A DNA stretch of 64,000 bases from NCBI GenBank assembly GCA_000004985.1, contig GG738850.1; one strand, given 5' to 3'. This DNA is from Naegleria gruberi (taxonomy: Eukaryota). Of the stretch, positions 24,438-34,819 are shown in pieces (position 1 is the stretch's first letter; each line of letters opens with the position of its first letter). The notes under the pieces were generated by a model, which was not told where the DNA came from, searched no databases, and saw nothing but the letters and a program-made list of their open reading frames with translations. A program made the position numbers and the translations under genes.

Positions 24438-24770
24438 ATTGTTGTTTATGTTTATATTATTAAAAAAAACTATATGTGATCAATGATGATCAAGATTAAC
24501 TTTCCAATGTTAATTATTTAAATGGCGATGGATGAAAATTAGCGACTCAACAACTAGAGATCTTGTTACGATCGGAATAAAAGAATAAAAGGTGATCGGT
24601 AAGAGTTGGAGAATTTTTTTTGTAAATTTTTTTTGGATTTTGAGAATCGATAAGCAGCCGAGTAACGAAATTTGTGGATTGAATCAATCTGAGGTATGCA
24701 ATAAGTTTCGTATTGCTATAAATAACAAAAATTGTGTAAATTGTGTAAATTCAAACATGTATCCATGTAT

Positions 24771-26333
24771 TTAAAGTTTCAAAATGGCATTTTTCAAATC
24801 AGTAATGAGATCTTTAGGTGATTCCAATCCAATACTTAAACGGAGAAGGGATGGTGGAGAGAAATTATCCCATTGGAATCTGTAATCAATGGATGATTCA
24901 ACTCCTCCTAATGAAGTTGCATTCTCAATGATGTTTAAGAGTTTAGGTAATTTTCTGGCTTCCAACGGATCAGATAATTCGAAAGAGAGAATTCCTGGAC
25001 CTTTTCCATCCATTTGCTTTTCACAAATTTCATAATTGGTGAGTTTTCTTTCATTGTTGGATGGTTCAGAAGTTTCCTCAATTGGTTCTTCTGCAGATTT
25101 TAGTTTAGGATAGTGAACTTTGGTTACTTTCATTCTAGTTTCCTCATTTCCAATTTGAGATTGCAACCAATTGGCAACAATTTCAGCAGATTGTGATTGA
25201 TAATTCACTCTCACATTCAAAGTCCTCAAAGATCTCATCAGTAGATAAGCTTCCAAATTTCCCATCACTCCTCCCATCACTGATCGATACGATTTCACGC
25301 TGCTAATCAATCCATTCGATTTTCCAGTAATCATTCCACCCAATAAATCACTATGGCCTCCCATGAATTTAGTTGCACTGTGTAATGCAAAGTCTGCTCC
25401 CCATTTCAATGGTTGTTGAAGAGCTGGTGAAGCAAAGGTTGAATCAACAACCACAAGAGCACCCATTTGTTTTGCCTTTTTAGAATAATATTCAATATCT
25501 TCCAGGTCACATGTTGGGTTGACTGGAGTTTCCAACCAAATAACATCTCCAACATAGAGTCCACTCTTTTTCTCATCAAGTGGTTCCTTTTCTAAATCCT
25601 CCAAATCATGCAATTCCAAAAACATATTTTCCTTATCAAGTTCTTCATTCAATTTCGTATTTGGATTCGAATTTTCTTCACTTTCCAAATTTTTCTTGAC
25701 TTGTTTTTTCAAAATTCCAGAATAGTGTTTTGCAAATGTTCTCAATAGGTCCATAGCATCACTGGTGCCAGAATATCCAACTGCATCATCACTCTCAGTA
25801 AATTTCTTTCCAAATTCCTTATCATGAGGTTTCATTCGTTTAAAGATTCGTTTCGGTCTGAGTGTGAAAAGAAGTGTGAAAGTTGCAGCTTGTCCACTGG
25901 CAAAGGCAACACTTTTGTATTCTTCACTACCTTCTAGGTTTGCTACGAGGGTTTCTAATCGACTTCTTGTTTTGTTATCTTGTATTTCTTCTAGTTTCGA
26001 ATAATGATTAGTTTACTTACGAACACGTGAATAAATATTTCCATCATTTACATCAGAATCGAGAGAGAAAGTTGTGGAAAGATGAAGAGGAGGTGCCAAA
26101 TCACTAACCTTCTCTACTTTCCTATCGGAACAAATTGCAAGAGTAGAAAAGCTCAATTCGTTTGCATCATTCGAAACTTTGGACGAATCTAGAACTTGTT
26201 TAGGTTCGGAAATTGTAGCAATTGGTGAACTTATCACAGAAGCAGTTGGAATTTGTTGTTGCTGTTTGTGTGCATGATTGCTAGAGGAGCGGTCATCAAC
26301 TTCCTTCTTTTTGAACAACTTGAGAAACGACAT
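24771..26333 (-). CDS. cystathionine gamma-lyase / Cys-Met-metabolism PLP enzyme; exons 26021..26333 and 24771..25990
   Basis: Exon 1 (ATG 26333 after A8) ends ...APPLHLSTTFSLDSDVNDGNIYSRV, matching CGL ISLSTTFKQ...FEYSRSGNPT. A 30-nt GTAAGT..CTAG intron (25991..26020) follows. Exon 2 continues (Q)EIQDNKTRSRLETLVANLEGSEEYKSVAFASGQAAT...WLETPVNPT...VVVDSTFASP...HSATKFMGGHSD, collinear with CGL/CGS. There is a roughly 60-aa N-terminal extension. Confidence 0.75.
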
Positions 26334-26804
26334 TTTTTTTTTGGATGTTTTTTTACAATTCAAGTTCAATGTTCATTTGATTCAGTTTCACTCAGTGATC
26401 AATTGAAAACTGTAGAATTTTACAACGAACCATTATAGAAGATTCAATGTTGTTTAAGATTTTTTGATAATTTTAATAACTCTTTCGGAAGACTGTTTGG
26501 TGATTGGAAAGCAACAAACTTTCGAATAAAAAGTCTTGAAAGTTTGCCAAGATGTTTTATTGTGAATCTGAATTACCATAAAGATCTCAATAGTGAAAAT
26601 TGGTATTTTAAAAGTGAATGGATAATTTTCATCTCTTTCACAATCAACAATTAATTTCTAAATTTGGAAATTAGACAACATGGGTAATTGAGTTTCATCT
26701 TCACAAATCATTGAATCTCTACCATCCTCATGCTGAAATAGTATAAATACGACCCTCAGAAGAAACATTGACTTTCAAACAAAAACAAAAAAAAACAAAA
26801 CAAA

Positions 26805-27935
26805 ATGTATTCGAATAACAAAACTATCCGAAACACCTTGAGCAACTTGTTGCTCCTCACTCTCCTTTCATTGACATTCATTAACTGTTCCTCAATGCAA
26901 AACAACCTCTTTTCATCCAACTCGAGAGGAATTAACGTTGCTGGAGGCACATCAGTGTCATCTGCCAATGAATTTCCACACATGGTGAGCATTCAATACT
27001 ATTCCAGCTCATCAGTTGCCACAGGAATCCACTTCTGTGCAGGAACCATCATCTCCCCACTCCACATTGTAACTGCCTCTCACTGTGATATTGGTGTCAC
27101 TTTAGATAAATTGAGAATCATTGCTGGTAATTCGAATAATCAATGCACTGCTAGTTCTACCTCATGCACCATTCGTAAAGTAACCAAATTCACCAGACAC
27201 CCAAGCTATGACAGTTCTACCATAAAGAATGATATTGCAATCATTGAATTGGATCAACCAATTCCATTGGATGGAGTTAGAGCAGTTGCCGCCAAAATTG
27301 AAAACTTGACTTTGGATCAGTTTCTGTCATCTAGTACTAGCTCAATGGTTAATATTGCTGGTTGGGGAAGGACTACAACTCAATCGAGTGTTCAAGTGAT
27401 TCAGAAGGCTATGGTTCCAGTTTCGCCAATTTCTGTTTGTAATGCTAAAAATTTGGGAGTTTCTTCTCCAAATCAAATTTGTGCTGGTAATGGAAATGGT
27501 GTTGATACTTGTGGTGGTGATAGTGGTGGTCCACTTTTCAGAATTATTGCTGCAGGAACTGCCAACAATAATTTGCCAATCTTTGTCTTGACAGGTGTCG
27601 TTTCTTATGGACCTCCTGGATGTGGTGGCTCAAATGTTGGTGCCTACACCAATGCAACTCAATATATCTCATTTATAAGAGACCAAGTTGGTTCCTCATA
27701 CACAGTTGAGAAGTACGGAGATAGTTCAAAGCCAATTACTCCAACTCCTGTACCAACTCCTTCTCCAGTTACTCCAGTTGTTCCTGTTCCTTCCAATAAT
27801 AATCAATCTTGTAAATGCAAGTGTTATTGTAAGAAGGTTAGACAAATGAGGGAAATGAGATTGAGAGGTGGAAATAATGTTGATGAAAGTCAGTTTATGA
27901 AATGGATAAAGTTAAATCCATTCAAAGCATTGTAA
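26805..27935 (+). CDS. secreted trypsin-like (S1) serine protease with a Thr/Pro-rich linker and Cys-rich C-terminal tail
   Basis: ATG 26805 after an A-rich leader. Signal peptide MYSNNKTIRNTLSNLLLLTLLSLTFINC. INVAGG (an IVGG-like N-terminus), TASHC (His), DIAII (Asp), GDSGGP (Ser). Then TPTPVPTPSPVTPVVPVP and CKCKCYCKK. Confidence 0.85.
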   Translation: MYSNNKTIRNTLSNLLLLTLLSLTFINCSSMQNNLFSSNSRGINVAGGTSVSSANEFPHMVSIQYYSSSSVATGIHFCAGTIISPLHIVTASHCDIGVTLDKLRIIAGNSNNQCTASSTSCTIRKVTKFTRHPSYDSSTIKNDIAIIELDQPIPLDGVRAVAAKIENLTLDQFLSSSTSSMVNIAGWGRTTTQSSVQVIQKAMVPVSPISVCNAKNLGVSSPNQICAGNGNGVDTCGGDSGGPLFRIIAAGTANNNLPIFVLTGVVSYGPPGCGGSNVGAYTNATQYISFIRDQVGSSYTVEKYGDSSKPITPTPVPTPSPVTPVVPVPSNNNQSCKCKCYCKKVRQMREMRLRGGNNVDESQFMKWIKLNPFKAL

Positions 27936-28100
27936 ACCATGAGTTTATAGCATAATATTAGAGTTTTCTACAAAAAGTGTAGAAAACAATTTGTAAATTA
28001 ATAAAACACAATTTTGCCTAAACCTTTACTTAGTGTTATATGTTTCATTTGAAGAAGTCGAACTGTTTATCAATAGTATTTAAAACACTATCAACAGACA

Positions 28101-28325
28101 TTAATGTCCAAAGTTTTTTAAACGCTCCACTTCCTCTGGCGTGAGCGATAATTCTTCTTCTTCTTCATCCTCATCGTTTTGTTCCACCTCTCTTTTTTTG
28201 TTGTTTATAATATCATCCATAAGTTGCACAATTTGTTGTGAGTTAATTTCAGGTTTGGAAGATGGAAAGACAAATGTTGTTGGAGTTATGTTAGGAGAGA
28301 ACGATGGTGAGGGTGAGCATGACAT
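28101..28325 (-). CDS. small acidic protein (74 aa), function unknown
   Basis: ATG at 28325 in an aaaaaATG context. The protein reads MSCSPSPSFSPNITPTT...EVEQNDEDEEEEELSLTPEEVERLKNFGH. The overlapping + strand ORF 28141..28395 is Ser-homopolymer/low complexity and less protein-like. Confidence 0.4.
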   Translation of the reverse strand: MSCSPSPSFSPNITPTTFVFPSSKPEINSQQIVQLMDDIINNKKREVEQNDEDEEEEELSLTPEEVERLKNFGH

Positions 28326-28497
28326 TTTTTATGTAGGAAAGAATAAACGAACAATGGAATCAATAGAATATTACAGATTTAAATATTTGACTTGAAAATT
28401 TATTCATAAATTATATTGCTTAACAATAAGAAAATTCAAGGCATCCTTAATGTTATTCCTTAATAAAATACAACAACTGCCCAAAACCGTTAAAAGA

Positions 28498-28585
28498 TCC
28501 GATGAGACGGAATCGAACCGCCGACCACAGGATTACAGTTGTTTCTTGCTACAGTCCCATGCTCTACCAGCTGAGCTATCATCGG
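28498..28585 (-). tRNA. tRNA-Tyr (anticodon GTA) with a 15-nt intron
   Basis: Minus-strand sequence CCGATGATAGCTCAGCTGGTAGAGCATGGGACTGTAG[caagaaacaactgta]ATCCTGTGGTCGGCGGTTCGATTCCGTCTCATCGGA. The acceptor is 7 bp. The D arm is GCTC/GAGC. The anticodon stem TGGGA/TCCTG has loop CTGTAGA. The intron is 1 nt 3' of the anticodon, as in eukaryotic tRNA-Tyr. T-loop TTCGATT, discriminator A, 3' T-run. Confidence 0.85.
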
Positions 28586-28984
28586 TTACGTTAGTTTCAT
28601 TAAAAATCTTTTTATCAATAATATTACATGTTGAAGTTATTGAAAAATTAAAACAATTTTTTGTATGTACTGTCGCAACAATTACAACAAGGTTACTACA
28701 GTTCAGGAAAATTCACCTTCCTTTTCTCAATATTCTCTTCCAATTCACGATTCTTCCTAATGCACATCGCCGTTAATTGTCAACAGTCACCAAGTTTAAG
28801 CAAGTTTCTGAACCATTTCAAAAAAAAACGTAATCTTATTTGCAATATCATTGTTGCTCTTATCTTCTTCAACTATTATTGCTTTTCTATCAAATATTTT
28901 CTTCTCTACATCTTGAAGATAATTTGTCTCCATATTTACTGTGAGCGGTCATTATTCGAAACTCTGTCACCTGTCCTTTCAAAA

Positions 28985-31294
28985 ATGATGGTCATTATGA
29001 AAGCAAAACAAAAAATGTTCGAACGAAAGACTGCAACTTCAGTAACCACTTCTTCTGAAGCACACGATTCCAACAGCAATAATAACTATACAACAACAAA
29101 TCAAGCACCATCTCTCTCCATCAATAGTAGTGTAGGCCTTCCAGAACACAACCACCATCAACAACACTTTCCTTCCTCATTATCGTCATCCTCTTCTCAA
29201 CAACATCAACAACCTCTGACTAATTCCCCTTCCAATTTATCAATTTTGCGAGATTATAAACATCATCAACAACAACAAGGTAATACTCACCACAACAATA
29301 CCTCACCACAAACACCACCACACTCTCCCCGCCAAAATTCAAACAACACCACCACCAACGGTAATGCATCACCATCTACGGCTAGTAGCACCACCAACAC
29401 CACAACAAACACAAACAAACGGCTAAGTATCAAGTTAGCCTCCAACTCGAGTAAGCGTCTCTCGGTAAATTTGCTGCTGAACAAGCTGAGCGGCGTAGGA
29501 GGTGGTAATAATGATAATGCTGCTCTTCAGCATCACTTGCAACAATATTCGTCATCCATGATGAGACATGGCTCTGGAACTGGTGGTGGTGCTCAAGGAG
29601 GAGTAGGAGGAGGATCGAATAGTATTGCTCCTGGAGGAGGAGGTATTGGAAGTAGTAATGCATTGATTGGAAATATGGATTCAATGAATAATGCTCTGAT
29701 GAGTAGGGAAGGCTCACAGATACTATTGGGTGTTCCCTATAAGGAGGGATTGGGTTATAGAAAGACTTCTCACTGGCCCTATCGTTATAATAAGAGATAT
29801 TTCGTTCTGAAGAATCATCACTTGAGAATTTATCGAGCCATTAATGACTATCAACAACATCAACAGTATTCATCCATTGTCAAACATGCACTCAAACAGC
29901 AGCAACATGGAGATTCGAATATGAATGGAAATGTTGTGGCCATTAATAACATCATTAATCATGATTTGTATAATTCTAGGGATGACAGTAATAATTTGAG
30001 TAATCATAGTATTGTCTCTCCATATTCTAGTTTTACTTCTAATATGATAACCACTCCATCTGGAGATATGATACCTAAAGTTGATACTTCTTCATTCATG
30101 CTCTACAAGATTCCTCTCAAATACTGTAAAATATTCAAGTTTCATACTACTAATACTAATGAATCGACTAATTTGGACTATAGAAGTAGTGCATCCGAAA
30201 TGAATGCAAAGGATGTACCAAGTAAATCATTTGCTACCACTGATAAAAAGGACGAAAAGAAGGAAGATGACGAGGAAGAAGAATTTGAACTTCATTTCCT
30301 TCCTCCTCCTACATATACTGGACCAGGAGTTACAGGACAAAAAGCTTACAAATTACATGAAAATGAGGAGGGCAATACAAACAATATGTCGTCATCACCT
30401 TCATCGGTAATTCATGGAGATGAAGTGGCTTCTGGCTCTGGAGCTAATTCAGCCATTTTCAAGCTGAAATTTAAAGGAACTGCCAATGATTGGTTCAAAT
30501 TATTGGATAAAGCCATCTTTTTGGCCAGTAAAACTGGAGATAATGAGGAAGAGGATGTTTGGAATCAAGAACAAAAGAAGGATTTCGATGAGGAGGAATG
30601 GTTGTCACAATACAAGAAGGAACAACAACAAGATATGATGGATTTACCAGTCTTTTTGAGACCACTTCAAATGCAAATTAAACAACACAATGATGAAATG
30701 CTAATTGACCACCAAGAAAAACAAAAGCAAATTTCTGCCGAGAAGAACATGTCTCTTAAGAAACGTCTCTCTCAATACTTCTCAGGAAGTGGTGCCAGCA
30801 ATGCTAATTCGAATAACAATAATAAGAGAAATTCAGGCAATTCATATGCATACGTCTCTGAAAAACCATTTGATTTGAAGAGTGATAATCTTGTAGATAG
30901 TATTTCCGAGTCAACAACAAGTCACAACAGTAGTAATGAGAAGAGAAAGAGTGGTTATGTTATTGATGATTCGATACCCGACATTACTGACATGAGTCAG
31001 TTACAGGACTTGATTAGACAACACGACGATGATGATTACTCTCAACCATCTCAACCAAAGTTTGCATCGGATCATAAGACTACTAACCATGCAGTCTCCA
31101 GTTTAAAGACAGAAGAAAAGAAAAATTCTGCTCTCCATCGTTTATCAACAAACCTTAGCGAACTATTTTCGAAAAAGAAGCAACAATCAAACACACAAGT
31201 GCCAGATAACTCTGACACCATCTCAGTCGATGGAAAGAAGGAAAAGAGAAAGAGTGTATTCGGAAGGCTGTTGAACATCAACAAGGAGAAATAA
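28985..31294 (+). CDS. Q/N/S/T-rich low-complexity protein with a central PH domain (about 770 aa)
   Basis: First ATG in frame at 28985 (MMVIMKAKQKMF...); the ORF-track start at 28661 is upstream non-ATG. Long homopolymer-rich tracts (QQQQ, TTTNTN, GGGGAQGG). The PH-like core reads KEGLGYRKTSHWPYRYNKRYFVLKNHHLRIY. Confidence 0.6.
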   Translation: MMVIMKAKQKMFERKTATSVTTSSEAHDSNSNNNYTTTNQAPSLSINSSVGLPEHNHHQQHFPSSLSSSSSQQHQQPLTNSPSNLSILRDYKHHQQQQGNTHHNNTSPQTPPHSPRQNSNNTTTNGNASPSTASSTTNTTTNTNKRLSIKLASNSSKRLSVNLLLNKLSGVGGGNNDNAALQHHLQQYSSSMMRHGSGTGGGAQGGVGGGSNSIAPGGGGIGSSNALIGNMDSMNNALMSREGSQILLGVPYKEGLGYRKTSHWPYRYNKRYFVLKNHHLRIYRAINDYQQHQQYSSIVKHALKQQQHGDSNMNGNVVAINNIINHDLYNSRDDSNNLSNHSIVSPYSSFTSNMITTPSGDMIPKVDTSSFMLYKIPLKYCKIFKFHTTNTNESTNLDYRSSASEMNAKDVPSKSFATTDKKDEKKEDDEEEEFELHFLPPPTYTGPGVTGQKAYKLHENEEGNTNNMSSSPSSVIHGDEVASGSGANSAIFKLKFKGTANDWFKLLDKAIFLASKTGDNEEEDVWNQEQKKDFDEEEWLSQYKKEQQQDMMDLPVFLRPLQMQIKQHNDEMLIDHQEKQKQISAEKNMSLKKRLSQYFSGSGASNANSNNNNKRNSGNSYAYVSEKPFDLKSDNLVDSISESTTSHNSSNEKRKSGYVIDDSIPDITDMSQLQDLIRQHDDDDYSQPSQPKFASDHKTTNHAVSSLKTEEKKNSALHRLSTNLSELFSKKKQQSNTQVPDNSDTISVDGKKEKRKSVFGRLLNINKEK

Positions 31295-31406
31295 ATCCTC
31301 TTCATTCAATAATTTTTCAATAGGATGTTACAAATACAAATATAAATATTGAAGTCTTGTCTAACAATTTTAGAACATAAAAGGTCAAATTGAACAAATC
31401 CTTTAA

Positions 31407-34400
31407 TTAAGAAATATCTCCAACTGAAATCATATCTTCACCTTGATCCAATTCCTCCCAACAAGCATCCTTTGAATTTCTATCGAGAACACTCAAATTG
31501 TTGTGCTTTTCAAAAATAGTGGCATTGAGAACTTGTGGTGTTGCTGAGCCAATACTACTTTGGAATGTAAAATCATCCACCTCTGATCCTATATCATTCT
31601 CAGTGTCCAAGTCAGCTTCCTCATTATCACTTGCAATAACCTCGCCTGGATATGATGAATTGGTGTTAGTCACAGCTGTAAAATTGTGTTCAAAAGTGTC
31701 TGGCACTGATGATGATTCTGAGGCCTCACCCATCAAGTCATTCTCTGTTGGATCTTCAAGGTAAGGGTTTTCATCATCTTCAATTGGCTTGGAAAGAATG
31801 TTACTATTATTTCTCTCGAATTGAGGTGAAAAGGTGTCACTTTGATCCATTAAATGTAAGCTATAAGGGAAAAGTGGCATATTCTTTCTATTATGGAAAT
31901 AGGTATCTGACATTACATCTCTATTGTCATCTGTTGCACTGATTGTATCCTTAACTCCAACTTGCTTATCCTTCTTGTTTTTCTTTTTTGGTTTCTCTGA
32001 CATGATGAGATTATCAGCAATTTTGTGCCATCTGAAAATTTCGTCTTCCTTCTTCTTTTTCTTTTTAAGATTTTTGAGAATCTTTTCAACAGGTGGTTTT
32101 TTAGAGCTTGGTAAACTTTCTTCCTTCTTTGATTTCTTGAAAATCTTTAAAATTCCAAGTGGAAGAGCTGTTTTCTCAGATTTAGTTTCAGGTTTGCTCT
32201 CAGGTTTATGAGAGGAAAGACTGGCACCACTAGGAGATGCTGTTTTTGGAAGGGTTTGTTCTTCTTCCTCATTGACTGGTGGAATAGGTTCATTTGGATC
32301 AATTTGTGTTTCCTTCTTCTTCTTGGCTTCTTCAGATTGTTTTGCATCGGTGGTTTGTGATGGCATGTTGTTCAGGGTTGGAGAAGTAACTTGTGGCTCT
32401 GATGGTTCGTGACCTGGTGATACTGATCCAGATAACACTGTTGGAATTGGTGGTATTACTACTTGTTTTGGTTTCAATGCTTGACTCAACTTTTTTCTGT
32501 AATAATTCAAGCAATAGAGACGATAGGATTCAAAAAATAGTTGTGGAATATTTGTTCCCAGACGTGTATCGAACTCTACAATGGTCAATCGTTGATTCTT
32601 CTTCATTTGGAATAATGGTACAGCTTTTTGGTGGAAATGATAGTAATGTTTTGGTTTTTGAACAAGACCAACGTTGGCACTAGAATCCTCAACACCTCTT
32701 CTGAGAAGAGCAACTTGTTGCTTTGTAGATTTGTTCAATTCAATATGACCAGCAAGAAGGAAATTACCCTGTGACAAAAAGTCTGGATAAATTTGATTAA
32801 TTTCCTTCATCCAAGTCATGGCAGTATTTTCCAATGAATAATTGGAATTGGTGTAACTATAGGCAAAAATTACAGTTGTTGGAGCAATGGTTTGATTGCC
32901 CTCTGTGGTTTCCTCCAAAATCATTTGTTTGTACAAGGCCTGTCTCAATGAAAGTGCATGTCTAGAGCCAGTGTGACAAACTCTGAACATTATCTTTCTC
33001 CTTTCATTGGTTGACGTGCGGTTTTGTTTCTCAAGAACTGACTCGAAAAACTCCTCCTCATCAATTGATATTAAATCTTCCAAATTAATACCTGTATTGA
33101 GTAAATCATTGGCTAAACTCGAAATTTGATTTACTTCATTCTTTTCCAAAAACTCATCAACATGATTTAAATAATCCAACGAACAAACTTCTTCGATATA
33201 CCACTCAGTGACTCTCTTATTCTTTCTCAAATAGTAATTGAGCTTGTGTGGACTTTTTTCCGTACTTTTAAGATTCGAAGATGATGATGAGCTCTTCTTG
33301 GCACTACTACTCAATATATTTGTTGTTGATTGTTTGTGAGTATTGTTACCAGATGGAGGAGGTGCTGCTACAGATATTTTCACTTCCTGATTCTCATGAA
33401 GAACCAACTGTTGATGAATATGTTCTTGAATATTTTGAATATTTCCTTGAGAGGAATCTTCAGTACTTGCTTTTCTTCTTGAAGATTCTGAGCCATTAGG
33501 AACCTGGAAGGAAACGCTCAAACTTCCACTACTCGATTTATGATGATGATGTTTGCTAGCACCACCACTATTAGAACTTCTATGATGTTTTGGTCGTTGA
33601 TGATTTGGGCCATGTTCTTTGTGAATTACATTTTCATCATCATCGGATTCAATATTCTCTGATTCCTTCTTATGATTACTGGCTCCACCACTGCTACTAT
33701 CATTCATTGGACTCATTTCATCCAATGAATTATCTCCTGTGATGATAATATTCATGATATTGGTATCCGAAAGTTCCTTTTTTGGCTCGTCCTTCTGCTG
33801 ATGAGAATGTTTTTCATTGGCACAACAAGGAGGTGATTGCTTCTTCAATTGTTTTCCAGTGGTATAATACCTCAATATTTGATCAACCTCCTTTGGAAGA
33901 GAACTAACAATTAATATCGGAACCACTAGCCATTCATCGTTTGATTTGTTATTTTCCAAATCATCTGTTAAAGTAGCAGCACCAGCAGCAGTTGTTGTTG
34001 TATTGCCAATGTTATTATTCTGAGGAGAGGTTGAAGATGAAGGTTGTTGTTGTTGTTGATTAATTATATTTAAATTAGAAGAAGGTAAAACGGAATGTGG
34101 TGGTAAATTATTTGAATGATTAGAAGAGTTTGAAAGTGGTTGATAATTAGAAGCGTAGGAAGACAAAATTCCATCACTCACACTTCTTCTTCTATCTGAA
34201 GAAGGTGAAGATACTCCAACAACTGCATGAGTTGATTGTTGTTGTTGTTGTTGTTGTTGATGCTCAGAAGATCCCAGCAGAGGAATTAACAAATTGGAGG
34301 GAGAATGTGTTGATTGTCCTCTTCTTCTATTAGTAATTGTCGTCGAATGTGTTGTTGTTGTATTATGAGTACTTGTATTATTGTTATTAATTAATGATGA

Positions 34401-34628
34401 TGAAGATTGTTTATCATCATCAAGAATGGCAGTAACACTCGTTAAATTCATATTATTATTATTATCCGCCATCACTGTGCCATATTGTTCTTCTTCTTCT
34501 TCTTGTTGATGATCATACTGATTATTATTATTATTAGAATAAGAAGTATTATTATTGGTAGGAGGAGAATTTGATGATGATTTTGATGAGGTAACAACAA
34601 GCGTTCGGGGCGATTGTTGTTGTTGCAT
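31407..34628 (-). CDS. large Q/N/S-rich protein (1073 aa), function unknown
   Basis: ATG at 34628. Poly-Q (CAA)n and poly-N tracts. A His/Ser-rich middle. A C-terminal basic/Lys-rich region. Single long ORF. Confidence 0.55.
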   Translation of the reverse strand: MQQQQSPRTLVVTSSKSSSNSPPTNNNTSYSNNNNNQYDHQQEEEEEQYGTVMADNNNNMNLTSVTAILDDDKQSSSSLINNNNTSTHNTTTTHSTTITNRRRGQSTHSPSNLLIPLLGSSEHQQQQQQQQSTHAVVGVSSPSSDRRRSVSDGILSSYASNYQPLSNSSNHSNNLPPHSVLPSSNLNIINQQQQQPSSSTSPQNNNIGNTTTTAAGAATLTDDLENNKSNDEWLVVPILIVSSLPKEVDQILRYYTTGKQLKKQSPPCCANEKHSHQQKDEPKKELSDTNIMNIIITGDNSLDEMSPMNDSSSGGASNHKKESENIESDDDENVIHKEHGPNHQRPKHHRSSNSGGASKHHHHKSSSGSLSVSFQVPNGSESSRRKASTEDSSQGNIQNIQEHIHQQLVLHENQEVKISVAAPPPSGNNTHKQSTTNILSSSAKKSSSSSSNLKSTEKSPHKLNYYLRKNKRVTEWYIEEVCSLDYLNHVDEFLEKNEVNQISSLANDLLNTGINLEDLISIDEEEFFESVLEKQNRTSTNERRKIMFRVCHTGSRHALSLRQALYKQMILEETTEGNQTIAPTTVIFAYSYTNSNYSLENTAMTWMKEINQIYPDFLSQGNFLLAGHIELNKSTKQQVALLRRGVEDSSANVGLVQKPKHYYHFHQKAVPLFQMKKNQRLTIVEFDTRLGTNIPQLFFESYRLYCLNYYRKKLSQALKPKQVVIPPIPTVLSGSVSPGHEPSEPQVTSPTLNNMPSQTTDAKQSEEAKKKKETQIDPNEPIPPVNEEEEQTLPKTASPSGASLSSHKPESKPETKSEKTALPLGILKIFKKSKKEESLPSSKKPPVEKILKNLKKKKKKEDEIFRWHKIADNLIMSEKPKKKNKKDKQVGVKDTISATDDNRDVMSDTYFHNRKNMPLFPYSLHLMDQSDTFSPQFERNNSNILSKPIEDDENPYLEDPTENDLMGEASESSSVPDTFEHNFTAVTNTNSSYPGEVIASDNEEADLDTENDIGSEVDDFTFQSSIGSATPQVLNATIFEKHNNLSVLDRNSKDACWEELDQGEDMISVGDIS

Positions 34629-34819
34629 TTTCTTCGTAAATGTTGTATTTGCACGAATGGGGATGTGAAAGGAGAGAGAAGTGATTGGTTTTGGAAATCT
34701 TATTCGAGTATTGAACAGATTTGGTGAATGGGATTATGTTCATTAAATATTATGAAATAGTATTTGATGTTGGAAAAAATACTTGAAGAGCACATTTTAA
34801 TATCTTTAACTGATTCGAA

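Noticed and set aside
28141-28395. Plus-strand 84-aa ORF overlapping the small acidic gene
   Set aside because: It is a poly-Ser/low-complexity translation of the antisense GAA/GAG-rich strand. The minus ORF has an ATG in a proper A-rich context.
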